Shown piece by piece: positions 37,581 through 50,429 of a stretch of 64,000 nt of DNA. Source of the stretch: Octopus vulgaris (taxonomy: Eukaryota); the NCBI GenBank assembly GCA_951406725.2, contig OX597817.1, positions 129,208,001-129,272,000 on the forward strand. The letters are read 5' to 3'. How positions within the stretch are numbered: position 1 is the first letter of the stretch; every line of letters begins with the position of its first letter. A program made the position numbers and the translations under genes. The notes beneath the pieces were generated by a model. That model saw only the letters and a list, made by a program, of their open reading frames with translations. It did no database searches and was not told where the DNA came from.

Positions 37581-37863
37581 GTAAGTGAATTCTATATAAG
37601 TACAACTAACATTATTACGAAAGAAGTCAGTACCAGTGTGTGCTGTGTATTGATGGTTACGGACGTACTACAAAGATACGGATTGGACCACCCTCTGTAG
37701 TGTTGTTACTGTGACTATTTACGACACCCATACAGTATAAACAATATGCAAACATCGATTGACTTTACGCTTAAAAACTCTCCCCTTTTTTTTCACTTTT
37801 CATTTTGTATGAACGTATGCATATATTTATACATGCACATGCGTATGTATGTATATATATATA

Positions 37864-37994
<131 letters not shown>

Positions 37995-38188
37995 TGTGTA
38001 TGTGGATATTGTCGTTAACGTTGTCCTTGTTATTAGTATAGATATTGGCAACCATATTGTAAATGAGGTGGTGATAGGGTTGGCGATGATATTAGTAATG
38101 GTGACAAATAGGTTATTTCAAGTTGTTTATAAATAATAGCTGTCTACTGTTTATACATATATACAGGTATACATATAGTTCCCACCCC

Positions 38189-38272
<84 letters not shown>

Positions 38273-38577
38273 TGTATATATATACACACACATACATATG
38301 TGTGTGTGTTTGTGAATGTACGTATGTGTATTTAGGGTTATTGTTTATCATTTCAAATGTAAGTTGTCTTTTCTTTTAGTTTTAAATCCGAGTAGTGTTA
38401 GCGACAATGTGTTAAAAGTAAAGAGTTCGTGTTGTTCAGACGTTTAATGTTGTGTACACAGTATGTAAAGAAAAAAAGGAGATTGTGAAGAAGTGAGAAA
38501 GGAGGTAGGGAGTCATGTCCTCATTTTCTATCAGCTTATGTATATATGTATGCATATAACTATGTATGCATGCATGC

Positions 38578-38665
<88 letters not shown>

Positions 38666-38736
38666 GTACCACCTTCCACTCACCATCCCTTCCTCTCCCT
38701 TTCTCTCATGTTACTCTGAATGTGTGTGTGTGTATG

Positions 38737-38770
<34 letters not shown>

Positions 38771-38899
38771 TACGTATATATATATATATACATATATATA
38801 CATATACATATATATATACGTATACACACACATACACATAATTATATATATATATATATATATACATATATATACATATACATAAAGATATATATACAC

Positions 38900-38992
<93 letters not shown>

Positions 38993-39667
38993 TGTGTGTC
39001 AGAATTGCTAACGGTGACAAGTGAATGAGTATGATATATTTTTAAGTCTATGTGTGTTTAGGTGTGTATGTGTTACTCTTTTATGAGTAAGTGTATGTGC
39101 TTGTGTGTCGGTGTGGGACTGTGTACGTTTGTGCGTGTGCGTGCGTTTTGAAGTGGTTATAGATAAAATAGTGATAAATTACATAGCCAACCCTCTGTTT
39201 TATCTAATCTTCTATAGATACCTACTTATAAAAAACTTTGGTGCTTCCCTACGCAAATCTGTACAGATGAATGAGTAACATATCAAATACATCTCTGGGA
39301 TATGACGCTAGGATATCGCCGAAAGTAAAGTAAACTCTCCCGCATTGTATGCAAAATTTTCCATTCTATTACGTAAAGTAATTGAGACACTCAGAAAGTT
39401 TTGGAAACGCGAATAGCTGACAAACATGTAAATATGTTCGAATTCTGCTTGGATTGGGAATCGACAGCGAACGAAATTGTGCAAACAGAATTATGAGCCT
39501 TCATCGTATATTGAGTATAGAAAATAGTCTAATATTAAAGTATACAAGCCCCGTAACGGAAAAAATTAATTGGCATCGATTTCTACTCAGGATTCGAGAA
39601 GCATTTTCCCCTCTTTATGCATTGTTAAAATCCAGTGCAGTCTATGTCTCGTTATAATATGTAAAAA

Positions 39668-40620
39668 GCCGGTGAGCTGGCAGAATCGTTAGCACGCTAG
39701 ACGATTTACTTAGCGGTATTTCGTCTGCCGCTACGTTCTGAGTTCAAATTCCGCCGAGGTCGTCTTTGCTTTTCATCCTTTCGGGGTCGATTAAATAAGT
39801 ACCAGTTACTCACTGGGGTTGATATAATCGACTTAATCCGTTTGTCGGTTCTTGATTGTCCTCTCTGTGTTTAGCCCCTTGTTGGTAGTAAAGAAATAGG
39901 TATTTCGTCTACCGCTACGTTCTGAGTTCAAATTCCGCCGAGGTCGACTTTGCCTTTCATCCTCTCGGAGTCGATTAAATAAGTACCAGTTACGCACTGC
40001 GGTCGTTATAATCGACTTAATCCGTTTGTCTGTACTTGTTTGTCCCCTCTGTGTTTAGCACCTTGTGGGTAGTAAAGAAATAGGTATTTCGTCTACCGCT
40101 ACATTCTGAGTTCAAATTCCGCCGAGGTCGACTTTGCCTTTCATCCTTTCGGGGTCGATTAAATAAGTATCAGTTAGGCACTGGGGTCGATATAATCGAC
40201 TTAATCCGTTTGTCTGTCCTTGTTTGTCCTCTCTGTGTTTAGCCCCTTGTGGGTAGAAAAGAAATAGGTATTTCGTCTGCCGTTACGTTCTGAGTTCAAA
40301 TTCCGCCGAGGTCAGCTTTGCCTTTCATCCTTTCGAGGTCAATTAAATAAGTACCAGTTACGCACTGGGGTCGATATGATCGATTTAATTCGTTTGTCTG
40401 TCCTTGTTTGTCCCCTCTGTGTGTAGACCCTTGTGGGCAGTAAAGAAATAAGTATTTCGTCTGCCTCTGCGTTCTGAGTTCAGTTCCACCGGAGTCGGCT
40501 TTGCCTTTTATCCTTTCGTGGTTGATAAATTAAGTACCACTGAAACATTGGAGTCGATTACATTGACTAGTCCCCACCCATTCAGAATTTCAAGGCCGTG
40601 TGCCTTTAGTAGAAAGGATT
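39668..40620 (+). repeat. Tandem array of SINE family C, 184-bp period
   Basis: ggtatttcgtct recurs at 39715, 39899, 40083, 40267 and 40451 (agtatttcgtct). One head at 39668; the last unit is more diverged and has a different tail. Confidence 0.93.
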
Positions 40621-41145
40621 ATATGATAGTATGTAAGGCGACGAGCTGGTAGAATCGTTATTATGTCGGACGAAATGCTTAAAGGTATTTCGTCCATCTT
40701 TATATTGTGTTCAAATTTCGCCGAGGTCGACTTTACCTTTCGTCTGTCCGAGATCGATAAAATAATTACAAGGCAAGCATGGGGGTCGATGTAATTGACT
40801 ATCCCCCTCCCCTTCAGATTTTGTTCCTATAGTAGAAAGGATTATTTTTATATCATGTTAGACGGCGAGCTGGCAGAATTGTTAGCTTCCCGGACGAAAT
40901 GTTTGGCGGCATCTTGTCTTTCTTTACTTTCTGAGTTCAAATTCCGCCGAGGTCGACTTCGCCTTTCATCCTTTCAGGGACGATAAAATAAGTACCATTT
41001 GAGCACTGGGGTCGATGTAAACGACTTATCCCACCTATCACTGAAACTGCTGACCTTGTGCCAAAACTTGAAACCATTATACTATGGTATGTATTCTTAG
41101 TTCACAAAAATGTCCATTACAGTGCAATGATCTTATTGAGTACCA

Positions 41146-41496
41146 AAGTGGTTCTCAACAGGGATTCGTATGACCTCTGAGGATCTATATAAGTTGTTTG
41201 GGGATCCATGCAACAAAATAGTAAATTCGGAATTTATAATAGTATTTTAAGGGCCCCTAGAAAAGTTTTATGTTAGATGTATGTATTGGTATGTATTGCA
41301 AGAGACAGCTAGGTCTCTTTCTCTAATATCTTACGTAGATCAACCTACACAAGTTAATGTGTCAAAAACAAAATAGGAATTTTGAGAGAAGTTTCGATAA
41401 AACTAGTTTGTAAACATCGAATGGCTCTGAGGGTCCACCAGAATAAAATATTAATCACAGGGGTCTATAGATAAAAAAAATGGCTGAGAACCCCTG
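41146..41496. mobile_element. hAT (Charlie-like) MITE
   Basis: Ends aagtggttctcaac... and ...gctgagaacccctg resemble CAGGGGTTCTCAAC hAT TIRs; subterminal ggg(t/a)c(c/t)a motifs. Confidence 0.7.
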
Positions 41497-43913
41497 AGCA
41501 ATTTCTGATCTCGGACTGGTGGATTTATTTTGGGTGATAGTGAGATAGGTTTGTTTCCGTATGTGAGTCCTAAACGAGTTTAAAGATCTGTTCCATAAAT
41601 AGTCTTAATGGAACTTTTAGACATATACGGTCGCTTGAATTGCTTGAAATAACAGCCAAATTTTCCTTAACTTCCTATCGTTTGAAAAAAGAAAGGCCGT
41701 GTGGATAATATATTTCTAGATAAGTGGTGAATTGGTAACAGAGTTCAAATCTCACCGAGATCAACTTTACTTTTCATTCTTTCAGGTTCAATAAAACAAT
41801 GTACCAGAATAGTGAGGTGAATTTATGGAAATATTAGTTTGGATAAAATACATGACATTTGTTTTGGTTCTTTTCGTTCTAAATTCGCCTGTGATAATTG
41901 GGGTTGCCAAGCTATTTCTGCCCTCCTTTTCTCTTTGAACAAAGAGAGTGGAGACTTCTAAACATTAAAAAAGAATGAAAATGCAGCTATTGTGTAGTAC
42001 TGTAGCCTGAGAAGGAACTTTTCAAGTGCAAACATCTGGTCGATTTAGACGACAAAATTTAGGAGATACAATGTATATCTGAAAAAAAAGAAAAATTAGC
42101 GTGGGTGTGAACAGTACCTTTTTTTATATCATAGGTGTGTCAATTAAGGTTGATTTGATGCCAAACAACACCATCAAGAATGTGTTGCGTATTAGTGGCT
42201 CTTTTACTGTCAGTCGAATTATTAGGTCAAGGCTGTTTGTGCAGAAAGTCACATACGCAAGCACACTTTATTCACTGGAAAGGTGAAAAGGGCAGATCAG
42301 CTCCTCTAATTGACTGTAAACTTCGCGAAAATGTATGGTATGATTCATGTAAAAATTCAAAAAGTCGATTAATAGCAAAATTGAGAGCTGGACAAAATGC
42401 TCTGCAGTTAGAATTTCGCTGAAATCAATATTGCATTTCAATTTTCCAGTGATCGATGAAATTGAATAAAATATTAAAGAAATACAACGTTTCAGTAATC
42501 GAAGGCTGGCGTTTCACAAAATGTTTTACCTTATATTTAAGTTACAAATCATCATCATCTTTATAATTTCTTGTTTCATCTGTTTCAATAGAAGTTAAAT
42601 TTTTCCAGGGCAAAGTAGTCAATGAGGTTATATTCTTAAAGCAAATGTGGTAAAAGACAAAAGGAAGAGGATATCAAACTCGGTTGATTGTCGGTCAAAT
42701 TACTTTGCTATTATGCCATTTTGTTTGCTAATTTCAAAACTCGATTCAGTTGATTATGTCTTTAATCATTCTAGAATTGCTAAAATAAACTGCAGTCAAG
42801 TACATTACTCTGTAATCACCTTATAATATCTTTCCAAATGCTGTCACCTTTCTACTTACAAATCACTTTTATTGTTAATTACAGTGTAGTGAATTGTTAG
42901 AAACTGGAACATAATTTGTTGTGGTATTTGATTCCGCTCTTTACGTTCTGGGTTCAAAATCTTACCGAAGTCATCTTTACTTTTCAAAATTTCTACATCT
43001 ATAAAAGAAAGTGGCAGTCAAGTACCACTAAGGTCTATGCAAGGTCGGTAGATTGAGAAAATCTTAAGAGCGCGAGATAAAGTGCCTTAGATGTTAATGG
43101 CGACTCTTTACGTTGTGAGATCAATTTCCAACGAGATCGTTTATCCGCGGTGAATTAAATAAAGTACCAGTAAAGTATTGGTATTACTTTAATCGGCTAA
43201 GTACCATCCGATCGTACAAAATTTCTGGCATGGGGGTATTTAAGGTAGAGTGTTGGCAGAAACGTTACAGAAGGCGGCGATCTGGCGAAATGCTTAGCGG
43301 TTACGTTCCGAGTTCAACTTCCGCCGAGGTCAACTTTGCCTTTCAGCATTTCGGGGTCGATAAATTAAGTACCAGTTACGCATTGGGCTCGATTTAATCG
43401 ACTTAATTCCTTTGTCTGTCCTTGTTTGTCCCTTCTATGTTTAGCTCCTTGTGAGCAATAAAGAAATAAGAAACGTGAGCACGCCGGGCGAAGAGCTTAG
43501 CGGCATTTCGTCTGTCTATATATGTTCTGAGTTCAAATTTCGCCGAGGTCGACTTTGCCTTTCATCCTTTCGGGGTCGATAAATTAAATATCAGTTGCGT
43601 ACTGGGGTCGATCTAATCGACTTAATCCCTTTGTCTGTCCTTGTTTGCCCTCTCTAGATTTAGCCCCTTGTGGGCAATAAAGAAATAAGAAACGTTATAG
43701 TATCTGCGACATTTTAGCTGTGGTCCATTACATTTTGAGTTCAAATCTCACTCTGATCAGACATTTTCTTTTAGGGCGGTGGGTTGGCAAAGTCTTTTTT
43801 TACTTTCTGAGTTCATTTCCTACTGAAGTCAACTTTTTCTTTTCAGGGTCGATAACAAAGAACAATTCAAATATGGATGTCGATTAAATCTCCCTATTTC
43901 TCAAGAACTGTGC

Positions 43914-44169
43914 TTATTCTTTTATTCTTTTAGTTCTTTCAGTCATTTGACTGCGGCCATGCCGGAGCACCATCTTTAGTCGAACAAATTGATTTATTCT
44001 TCGTAAGCCAAGTACTTATTCTATCGGGGTTTTTTTTTTGCTGAGCCGCTCAGATACTGGAACGTAAACACACTACATCGGTTGTCAAGCGATGGTGGGG
44101 TGTCAAATACAGACATACATTGACATACATACATACATACATACATACATACATACATACATACATACA

Positions 44170-44201
<32 letters not shown>

Positions 44202-44358
44202 CAACATGCTTCTTTCAGTTTCCGTCTACCAAATCCATTTACAAGGTTTTGGTCGGCCCGAGGTTAACGTAGAAGATTCTTACCCAAGGTGCCACGCAGT
44301 GGGACTGAATCCAGAACCATGTGCTTGTGAAGGAATCTTCTTACCACACTACCACTCC
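43914..44358 (-). mobile_element. SINE family A (older copy, internal (TACA)n)
   Basis: Aligns with the other family A copies. Confidence 0.85.
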
Positions 44359-45716
44359 TCTGACTTTTTTCTTTCTTTTTTTTTTTTTGATAGTGAATAG
44401 GTTAATGATACAGAATTGTTAGAGTATCGAAAAAATATGTTACAATAGTTTTTCCGGCTCTTTGAATTCTACCGAGGACGACCTTACCTTTCATCCTTCC
44501 GGAGTCGATAAAATAAGGACCAGTTGAGCACTGGAGGTGATGTATCTGAATTACCCCCTCCCACAAACTAGCTGGTCTTGTGCCAAAATTCGAAACCAAT
44601 ATTTTTCTAGTCCCTCACGTTCTGAATTCAAATCCCACCGAGGCCAACTTTACTTCTCACCTCGCCATGTTTGATAAAATAAAATAAAAAAATAAAATGA
44701 AATAAAATCAACTAGTGGTTGATTCAATCGTCTAACACCCTCCCAGAAAATTTCAGACCATGTGGCTATGAGAGACAATTAAGGGCAGTGCATTAGCAGA
44801 ATTGTTAGGGCGTGGGGATAAATTCCTTGAGGCATTTCTTTCGTTTCTTTACAATCTGGGTTCAAATCTTCTCCAGATCAACTTCGCCTTTCATCCCCCT
44901 GAGTCTCAAAATATAGCTGCAATCAGGTGGTGGGGTTCATTCAATGAACATTTAACCCACTCCTCCATAAATTGAAAGTCTAGTGCTTCTGTAAGCTGTA
45001 TTTAAGAGTTGTGGAGTGACAACTAAATACCTTGCAGTATTTTGTTCTGAGTTCAAATCCTGCGGAGGACAACTTTGTCCGTTTTCCTCCTGGTTTAATT
45101 ATAAAAATAAGTACCAGTTCACTACTAGAATCGATTTAATCGACGATCCCGCTCTATTTTTATTAAGACTAACCATCAGATAGCACTGATCTTTGTGGCT
45201 CACTTTCTTTCTTGTAGTCGTTCTTTAATGACAGTTGTTAAGATATTGAGCAACACGCCTCAATCGGTTCTACTTCAAAAAAGTTTAGCGATATAGTTCT
45301 AATTCAGCCTTAATTTTAATCTCTGATGCATATCATTCTAGTAGTGGTGGGAATAAATAAATAAGAATCAGAATATATTACAATGCAGATGAAAAATAAT
45401 AACGGTCTTAATTAGGTTAAAAATTATTATTATTTACTCAATACAAACGTGGACTTATAAGTATAATAAACAAGGGAGGTAACTTTCACATTCAAGGAAA
45501 TTAACTATGAAATTAAAAGAACCATGTACATAGTTATTTCCCTTGGATTGTCAAGCTATTTTTTTTTCCTGAAATAATTTGATGAATCAAAACTACACAT
45601 ATTGCACACAAACATGTATGCATACATACATACATACATACATACATACATACATACATACATACATACATAATATCTATATCTTTATATATAGAATATA
45701 TAAACATATAGTAATA

Positions 45717-45945
45717 CAGTGTATTCCCACTTATTCACGGTTCGGTATTCGCGGTCCTGGTTATTCGCGGAATTAATAATTATTCACGGAAACCACCGCT
45801 TATTTGCGGAATCGTAGATATCGTCCGCAATTTTTTTATGGCTTCTTACGTGGAAATATATATATATTTTCACATTTTTTAAGGCTAAATTATTAATAAC
45901 AATATACCGTATTTGCCGGCATACTGGACGTCCATTCGCAGTTGA
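45717..45945 (+). mobile_element. Probable Tigger/pogo-type left end
   Basis: TA|cagtgtattcccacttattcacggtt with repeated tattcgcgg motifs, typical of Tigger-like termini. Confidence 0.5.
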
Positions 45946-45950
45946 AGCTC

Positions 45951-46181
45951 CCTGTCGTATATATGTATATATATATATATGTGTATGTGTTTGTGTGTCT
46001 GTGTTTGTCCCCCTAGCATTGCTTGACAACCGATGCTGGTGTGTTTACGTCCCCATCACTTAGCGGTTCGGCAAAAGAGACCGATAGAATAAGTACTGGG
46101 CTTACAAAGAATAAGTCCCGGGGTCGAATTGCTCGACTAAAGGCGGTGCTCCAGCATGGCCGCAGTCAAATGACTGAAACA
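45951..46181 (+). mobile_element. SINE family A 3' half; inverted duplicate of 46617-46847
   Basis: 231 bp with no net indel and no mismatch seen. The paired ORF translations are identical over the shared stretch. Confidence 0.92.
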
Positions 46182-46266
46182 CCATATAGATTTCCGGTGC
46201 ATCCTAGTTAATGACCATATTCATGTGAATTCATTAGAACTCACTTGAATCTCAATTACTTAAACC

Positions 46267-46350
<84 letters not shown>

Positions 46351-46587
46351 TATATACACAGTGTATCGAACCAGTATTACTTGGGCAGATCATAGATATA
46401 CAACACGAGGCAGAACGTTAATCGCTACGTTTGATCATACAAATTGTTTATTTCAACAGGATAATTTTTAAGGTCGTGAGCCAATATGGCCCAACTGAAA
46501 TTAAGTTACTTGAAGGTCTCTCTCTCTCTCTCTCTCCCTCTCTCTCTTTCTCTCCTCTCTCTCCCTCTTTCTCCCTCTCAATCCCCA

Positions 46588-47002
46588 TACTCTTTACTCT
46601 CTTTTACTCTTTTACTTGTTTCAGTCATTTGACTGCGGCCATGCTGGAGCACCGCCTTTAGTCGAGCAATTCGACCCCGGGACTTATTCTTTGTAAGCCC
46701 AGTACTTATTCTATCGGTCTCTTTTGCCGAACCGCTAAGTGATGGGGACGTAAACACACCAGCATCGGTTGTCAAGCAATGCTAGGGGGACAAACACAGA
46801 CACACAAACACATACACATATATATATATATACATATATACGACAGGCTTCTTTCAGTTTCCGTCTACCAAATCCACTTACAAGGCATTGGTCGGCCCGA
46901 GGCAACAGTAGAAGACACTTGCCCAAGATGCCAGGCAGTGGGACTGAACCCGGAACCATGTGGTTGGTAAGCAAGCTACTTACCACACAGCCACTCCGGC
47001 GC
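46588..47002 (-). mobile_element. SINE family A, full-length young copy
   Basis: Complete head (A/B boxes), body, microsatellite and (taaaagag)n tail. It abuts the 3' TAA tail of the Dong-like LINE. Confidence 0.93.
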
Positions 47003-48336
47003 TTATTATTATTTATTCTATGTTTGACTTTTGCTTTATATTTGTACAAGTTGGCTCCAAGTCTCACCCAGAGACCTCAAGAGACAACAGGGTTGGAAGT
47101 TCATGTTGTTGTTATGCCTAGTGTGCCATATATTTGTGGGGTGGGGGTGTTGTACTAATGAAAGTCTAAAAAAAGTTGTTTTTTTTTTTTTTTTAAACCG
47201 AAAATTATGTTTGTTTTAAACCTTGAGATTACATAGAAAGTATTTTGCGTAGGATATGAGCAGTTCCCATGAGCACTATCTTTTGAATTTCTGCCATTTT
47301 TGGGTTTCCTGGTATCTGAGTTAGGTAGTTATCAGCCCCTTTTGCTATCATTCCCAGGGCACCTATGACAACAGGTATTGTTTTAGTCTTCAGGTTCCAC
47401 ATTTTGCTGATTTCTATTTCAAGATCTTTATATTTGCTCAGTTTTGGTAGGTCTTGACAGACACGTTTATATCGATTGGGACAGTCATATCAATGAGGAG
47501 GCATGTTCTTTGTTTGAAGTCTTTCAATATGATGTCTGGCCTATTTGCATCTATCTTTCTGTCAGTTTGAATGGTGAAGTTCCAGAGGAGTGAGCTGTGG
47601 TCATTTTCAAGCACTGGGGGTGGTTTGTGTTCCCACCAGTTTTTTTCATGGGGCCAATCCAGATTTTTACAGATTACCCAGTGAATATATTGTGCAGCTC
47701 TATCGTGCCTGTTGAGATACTCTGTAGGCGCTAGAAGACTGCACTTGGAGACCACATGGTCAATGGTTTCATTTTGTTGCTTGCATACACGACACGTTGG
47801 ACTGCTTCTGATCTTTAATATGTTGGCCTGGTAGTTTCTTGTTGGTAGGCATTGATCTTGAGCTGCTATGATAAACACTTCTGTTTCAGATTTTAAGCCA
47901 GAGGCCATTAGCCATTGATGGGTCAGGGCTTTGTCAACATCTGCATTATTTGCTCTCTTTGGGTATTTGCCATAGAGAGGTTTTTCTTGCCATTTATCAT
48001 TCAGAATATCTAAGGCCGCAGATTTAGCGCGGGTTTTCATGCGCTTAGCTTTTTCTGTGCCTGTTTCTTGTATGTCTATCTCTAATTCCGAAATTTGTTG
48101 TATTCGGAATTCACTTAGATATTCCTTTGCCTGTTTTGTTACTGAGTATGATGCTTTCTTGTTTTCATGTTTTGAGACAAGTTTTAACATCCAGTCCTCA
48201 GAGTTTTTCAGGTAGGTGTCTAGGCCAATTGTAGCAATCTTCATTGTTATTGCCAGTTGTAAAAGTCCACGGCCTCCCTCTTTTCTTGGCAGATAAAGTC
48301 GTTCTGTATCTGCCTTAGGGTGGTGCATTCTATGCA

Positions 48337-48337
<1 letters not shown>
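47003..48337 (-). mobile_element. 5'-truncated R4/Dong-type non-LTR retrotransposon (RLE endonuclease) in a (TAA)n tract
   Basis: RLYLPRKEGGRGL; CRVCKQQNETIDHVVSKC zinc knuckle; RHD; NRPDIIL...LIDMTVP...KYKDL (PD-(D/E)xK). One frameshift near 47440; ORF ends ~47230. TAA repeats at both junctions. Confidence 0.92.
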
Positions 48338-48421
<84 letters not shown>

Positions 48422-48445
48422 GTATAGATTACTGTATCTAGTGAA

Positions 48446-48782
48446 GGCGCATGGCTCAGTGGTTAGAGCGTCGAGCTTACGATCGTGAGGTTGTGAGTTC
48501 GATGCCCGGACCGGGCTGCATGTTTTCTTATTGAGCAAGACACTTTATTTCACGTTGAACCAGTTAACTCTACTATAGAAATGAGTTGCGACATCACTAG
48601 TGCCAAGCTGTATCGGCATTTGCCTTTCCCTTAGATAACATCACTGATGTGGAGAGGGGAGGCTTGTATGCATGGGTGATGGCTGGCCTTCCATAAACAA
48701 CCTTGCCTGGACTTGTACCTCGGAGGATAACTTTCTAGGTACAATCCCATGGTCATTTATAACCGAAGCGGGTATCCCAGTA
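48446..48782 (+). mobile_element. SINE family B, full-length, with 9-bp TSD
   Basis: Head ggcgcatggctcagtggttagagcg...gagttcgatgccc; tatctagtg is duplicated immediately before the head (~48434) and at 48783. Confidence 0.9.
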
Positions 48783-48980
48783 TATCTAGTGGTAATACAA
48801 ACTAAAGTTTTCAAAACCATGATTATTTTTAATCTTTGCTCGATCTCCCATTGGTGGTATACGCATATTAGACGAAAGGAAGATTTTGCTGGGTTTTTTG
48901 AAAAAAACTGTATCCAGTAGCTATCTCGAGTATTTTGATGATGCTGTGTTTTTCATAGCGTGTTATTAAAACCCTAAGAT

Positions 48981-49820
48981 GCTGTCCAAACGCCCTACAC
49001 CTTCTAAGGTTTCTGGTAGTGAACCTTAGTGCCAGAAAAAAGACATGACGCTCCATGAGAAGGTACAACTGCTGGATATGTTTCGGGAAGGTAAAGCTAT
49101 GCTGCAGTAGGTCGCTATTATGTTATCAACGAAAGCACGCTACATAAAGAAGAACGAGGTGACGATCAGGACTAGCATAGCAGTAAGTTTCTGTGTAAGT
49201 GCCAAAAAGACAAATTTAGTGAGAAATAAGCACTTCGTCAGGATAGAATATGTCTTGGCATTGTGGGTCAGTGACTGCAAGAAGGAAAAAACATCCCCTT
49301 GAACGATAACATCGTTTGCGAAAAAGCGTTGAAATTATACCAGCAGTTCGACAGAGGAGATGGAGCAGAAGGCACTGAAGAACCGCAACCAAGACCATTG
49401 ACAGCACCGGAGCCCAAAGATTTTCAAGCCAGGAAGGGATTGTTTGACCATTTCCAGAAACGGTTTAAAATAAAGTGTGTTTCCCTGCACGGAGAGACAG
49501 CATCAGCGGACAAAGAAGCCACCGAGAAGTACCTAGAGACCTTCAGGGAGATCATCGAAGACGAGGGATACAAACCGGAACAGGTTTTCAAATTGGACAA
49601 GACTGGCTTGTTCTGGAAGAAGATGCCTTCCAGAACGTACATCAAGAAGGACGAAGCCAAAGCCCCAGGATTTAAGGTACAGAAAGACAAAGTGACGCTA
49701 ATTATGTGGCAATGCTGCTGGCTTTATGATGAAACCAGGATTTATCTACAAGTCCGCGAACCCGAGGGCATTCAAAAATAAGAATAAAAACCTGCTGCCT
49801 GTCCACTGAATGCACAACCC
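48981..49820 (+). pseudogene. Tigger/pogo (TIGD1-like) transposase remnant
   Basis: MTLHEKVQLLDM (psq HTH), YVLALWV..C...IVCEKALKLY, FQARKGLFDHFQKRF (CENP-B HTH), YKPEQVFKLDKTGLFWKKMPSRTYI, APGFKVQKDKVTL. Frameshifted and 3'-truncated by a SINE C. Confidence 0.92.
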
Positions 49821-50429
49821 CAATCGACCCCAGTGCTCAACTGATATTTATCTTATCGATACCGAACGGGATGAAAGGCTAAGTCGACCTCGGCGAAATG
49901 CTGCTAAGCATTTTGCCCGGCGAACTAACGAGTCTACCCGCTTGCCATCTTAATAAATAGTAATGAACGTTTACACACACACACACACACACACTTACAT
50001 ACATTCACTCACTCACTCACTCATTCACTTATTCACACACATACAAGCACATACACGCATACACACACACACACACACTGTCGTATTTCCAAATTTGGCA
50101 AAACGCGTTGTTTTCAATATTTATTTTTGCTTGCAGTAGCCGGTTCTTTTGGTCAAACTATCGTATCTCCAGCTGCTTCATCTGCCAAGATATCAAAAAC
50201 TGTCAAAGTTTAGTACAACGGTTTTGCTATAGAATGGTGGAATTATTTTTTCTTTTTCTGAAAAGCAACGTATATATATATGTGTAATTATCTACAACTA
50301 TCTAACTATATATATGAATATGCATACATCTATCGATATGTGTGTGTATTTGTGAAAGTGTGTGTGAGTGTATATTTTATTTTTTGTCTTTCAGCTCAAA
50401 GTCTGTGGCCATGCTGGGGCACCACCAAT

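Larger units (their letters stand above)
40635..45150 (+). mobile_element. Cluster of a dozen or more same-strand SINE family C copies of different ages
   Basis: The gagttcaaat...gaggtcgacttt.c.tttcatcc core recurs near 40710, 40935, 41745, 42950, 43120, 43310, 43530, 43740, 43810, 44470, 44625, 44860 and 45050, all on the + strand. Confidence 0.8.

Noticed and set aside
39715-40620. Retrozyme (hammerhead-bearing tandem repeat)
   Set aside because: The unit size fits, but I found no CUGANGA core on either strand. The unit is SINE-derived.
42101-42286. Possible coding exon (GVSIKVDLMPNN...)
   Set aside because: Open frame with a plausible acceptor, but a weak donor and no recognisable homology.
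47438-48538. 366-aa protein with a poly-Asn N-terminus
   Set aside because: Chimeric read-through of antisense SINE B, the (TAA)n target and the truncated LINE ORF.
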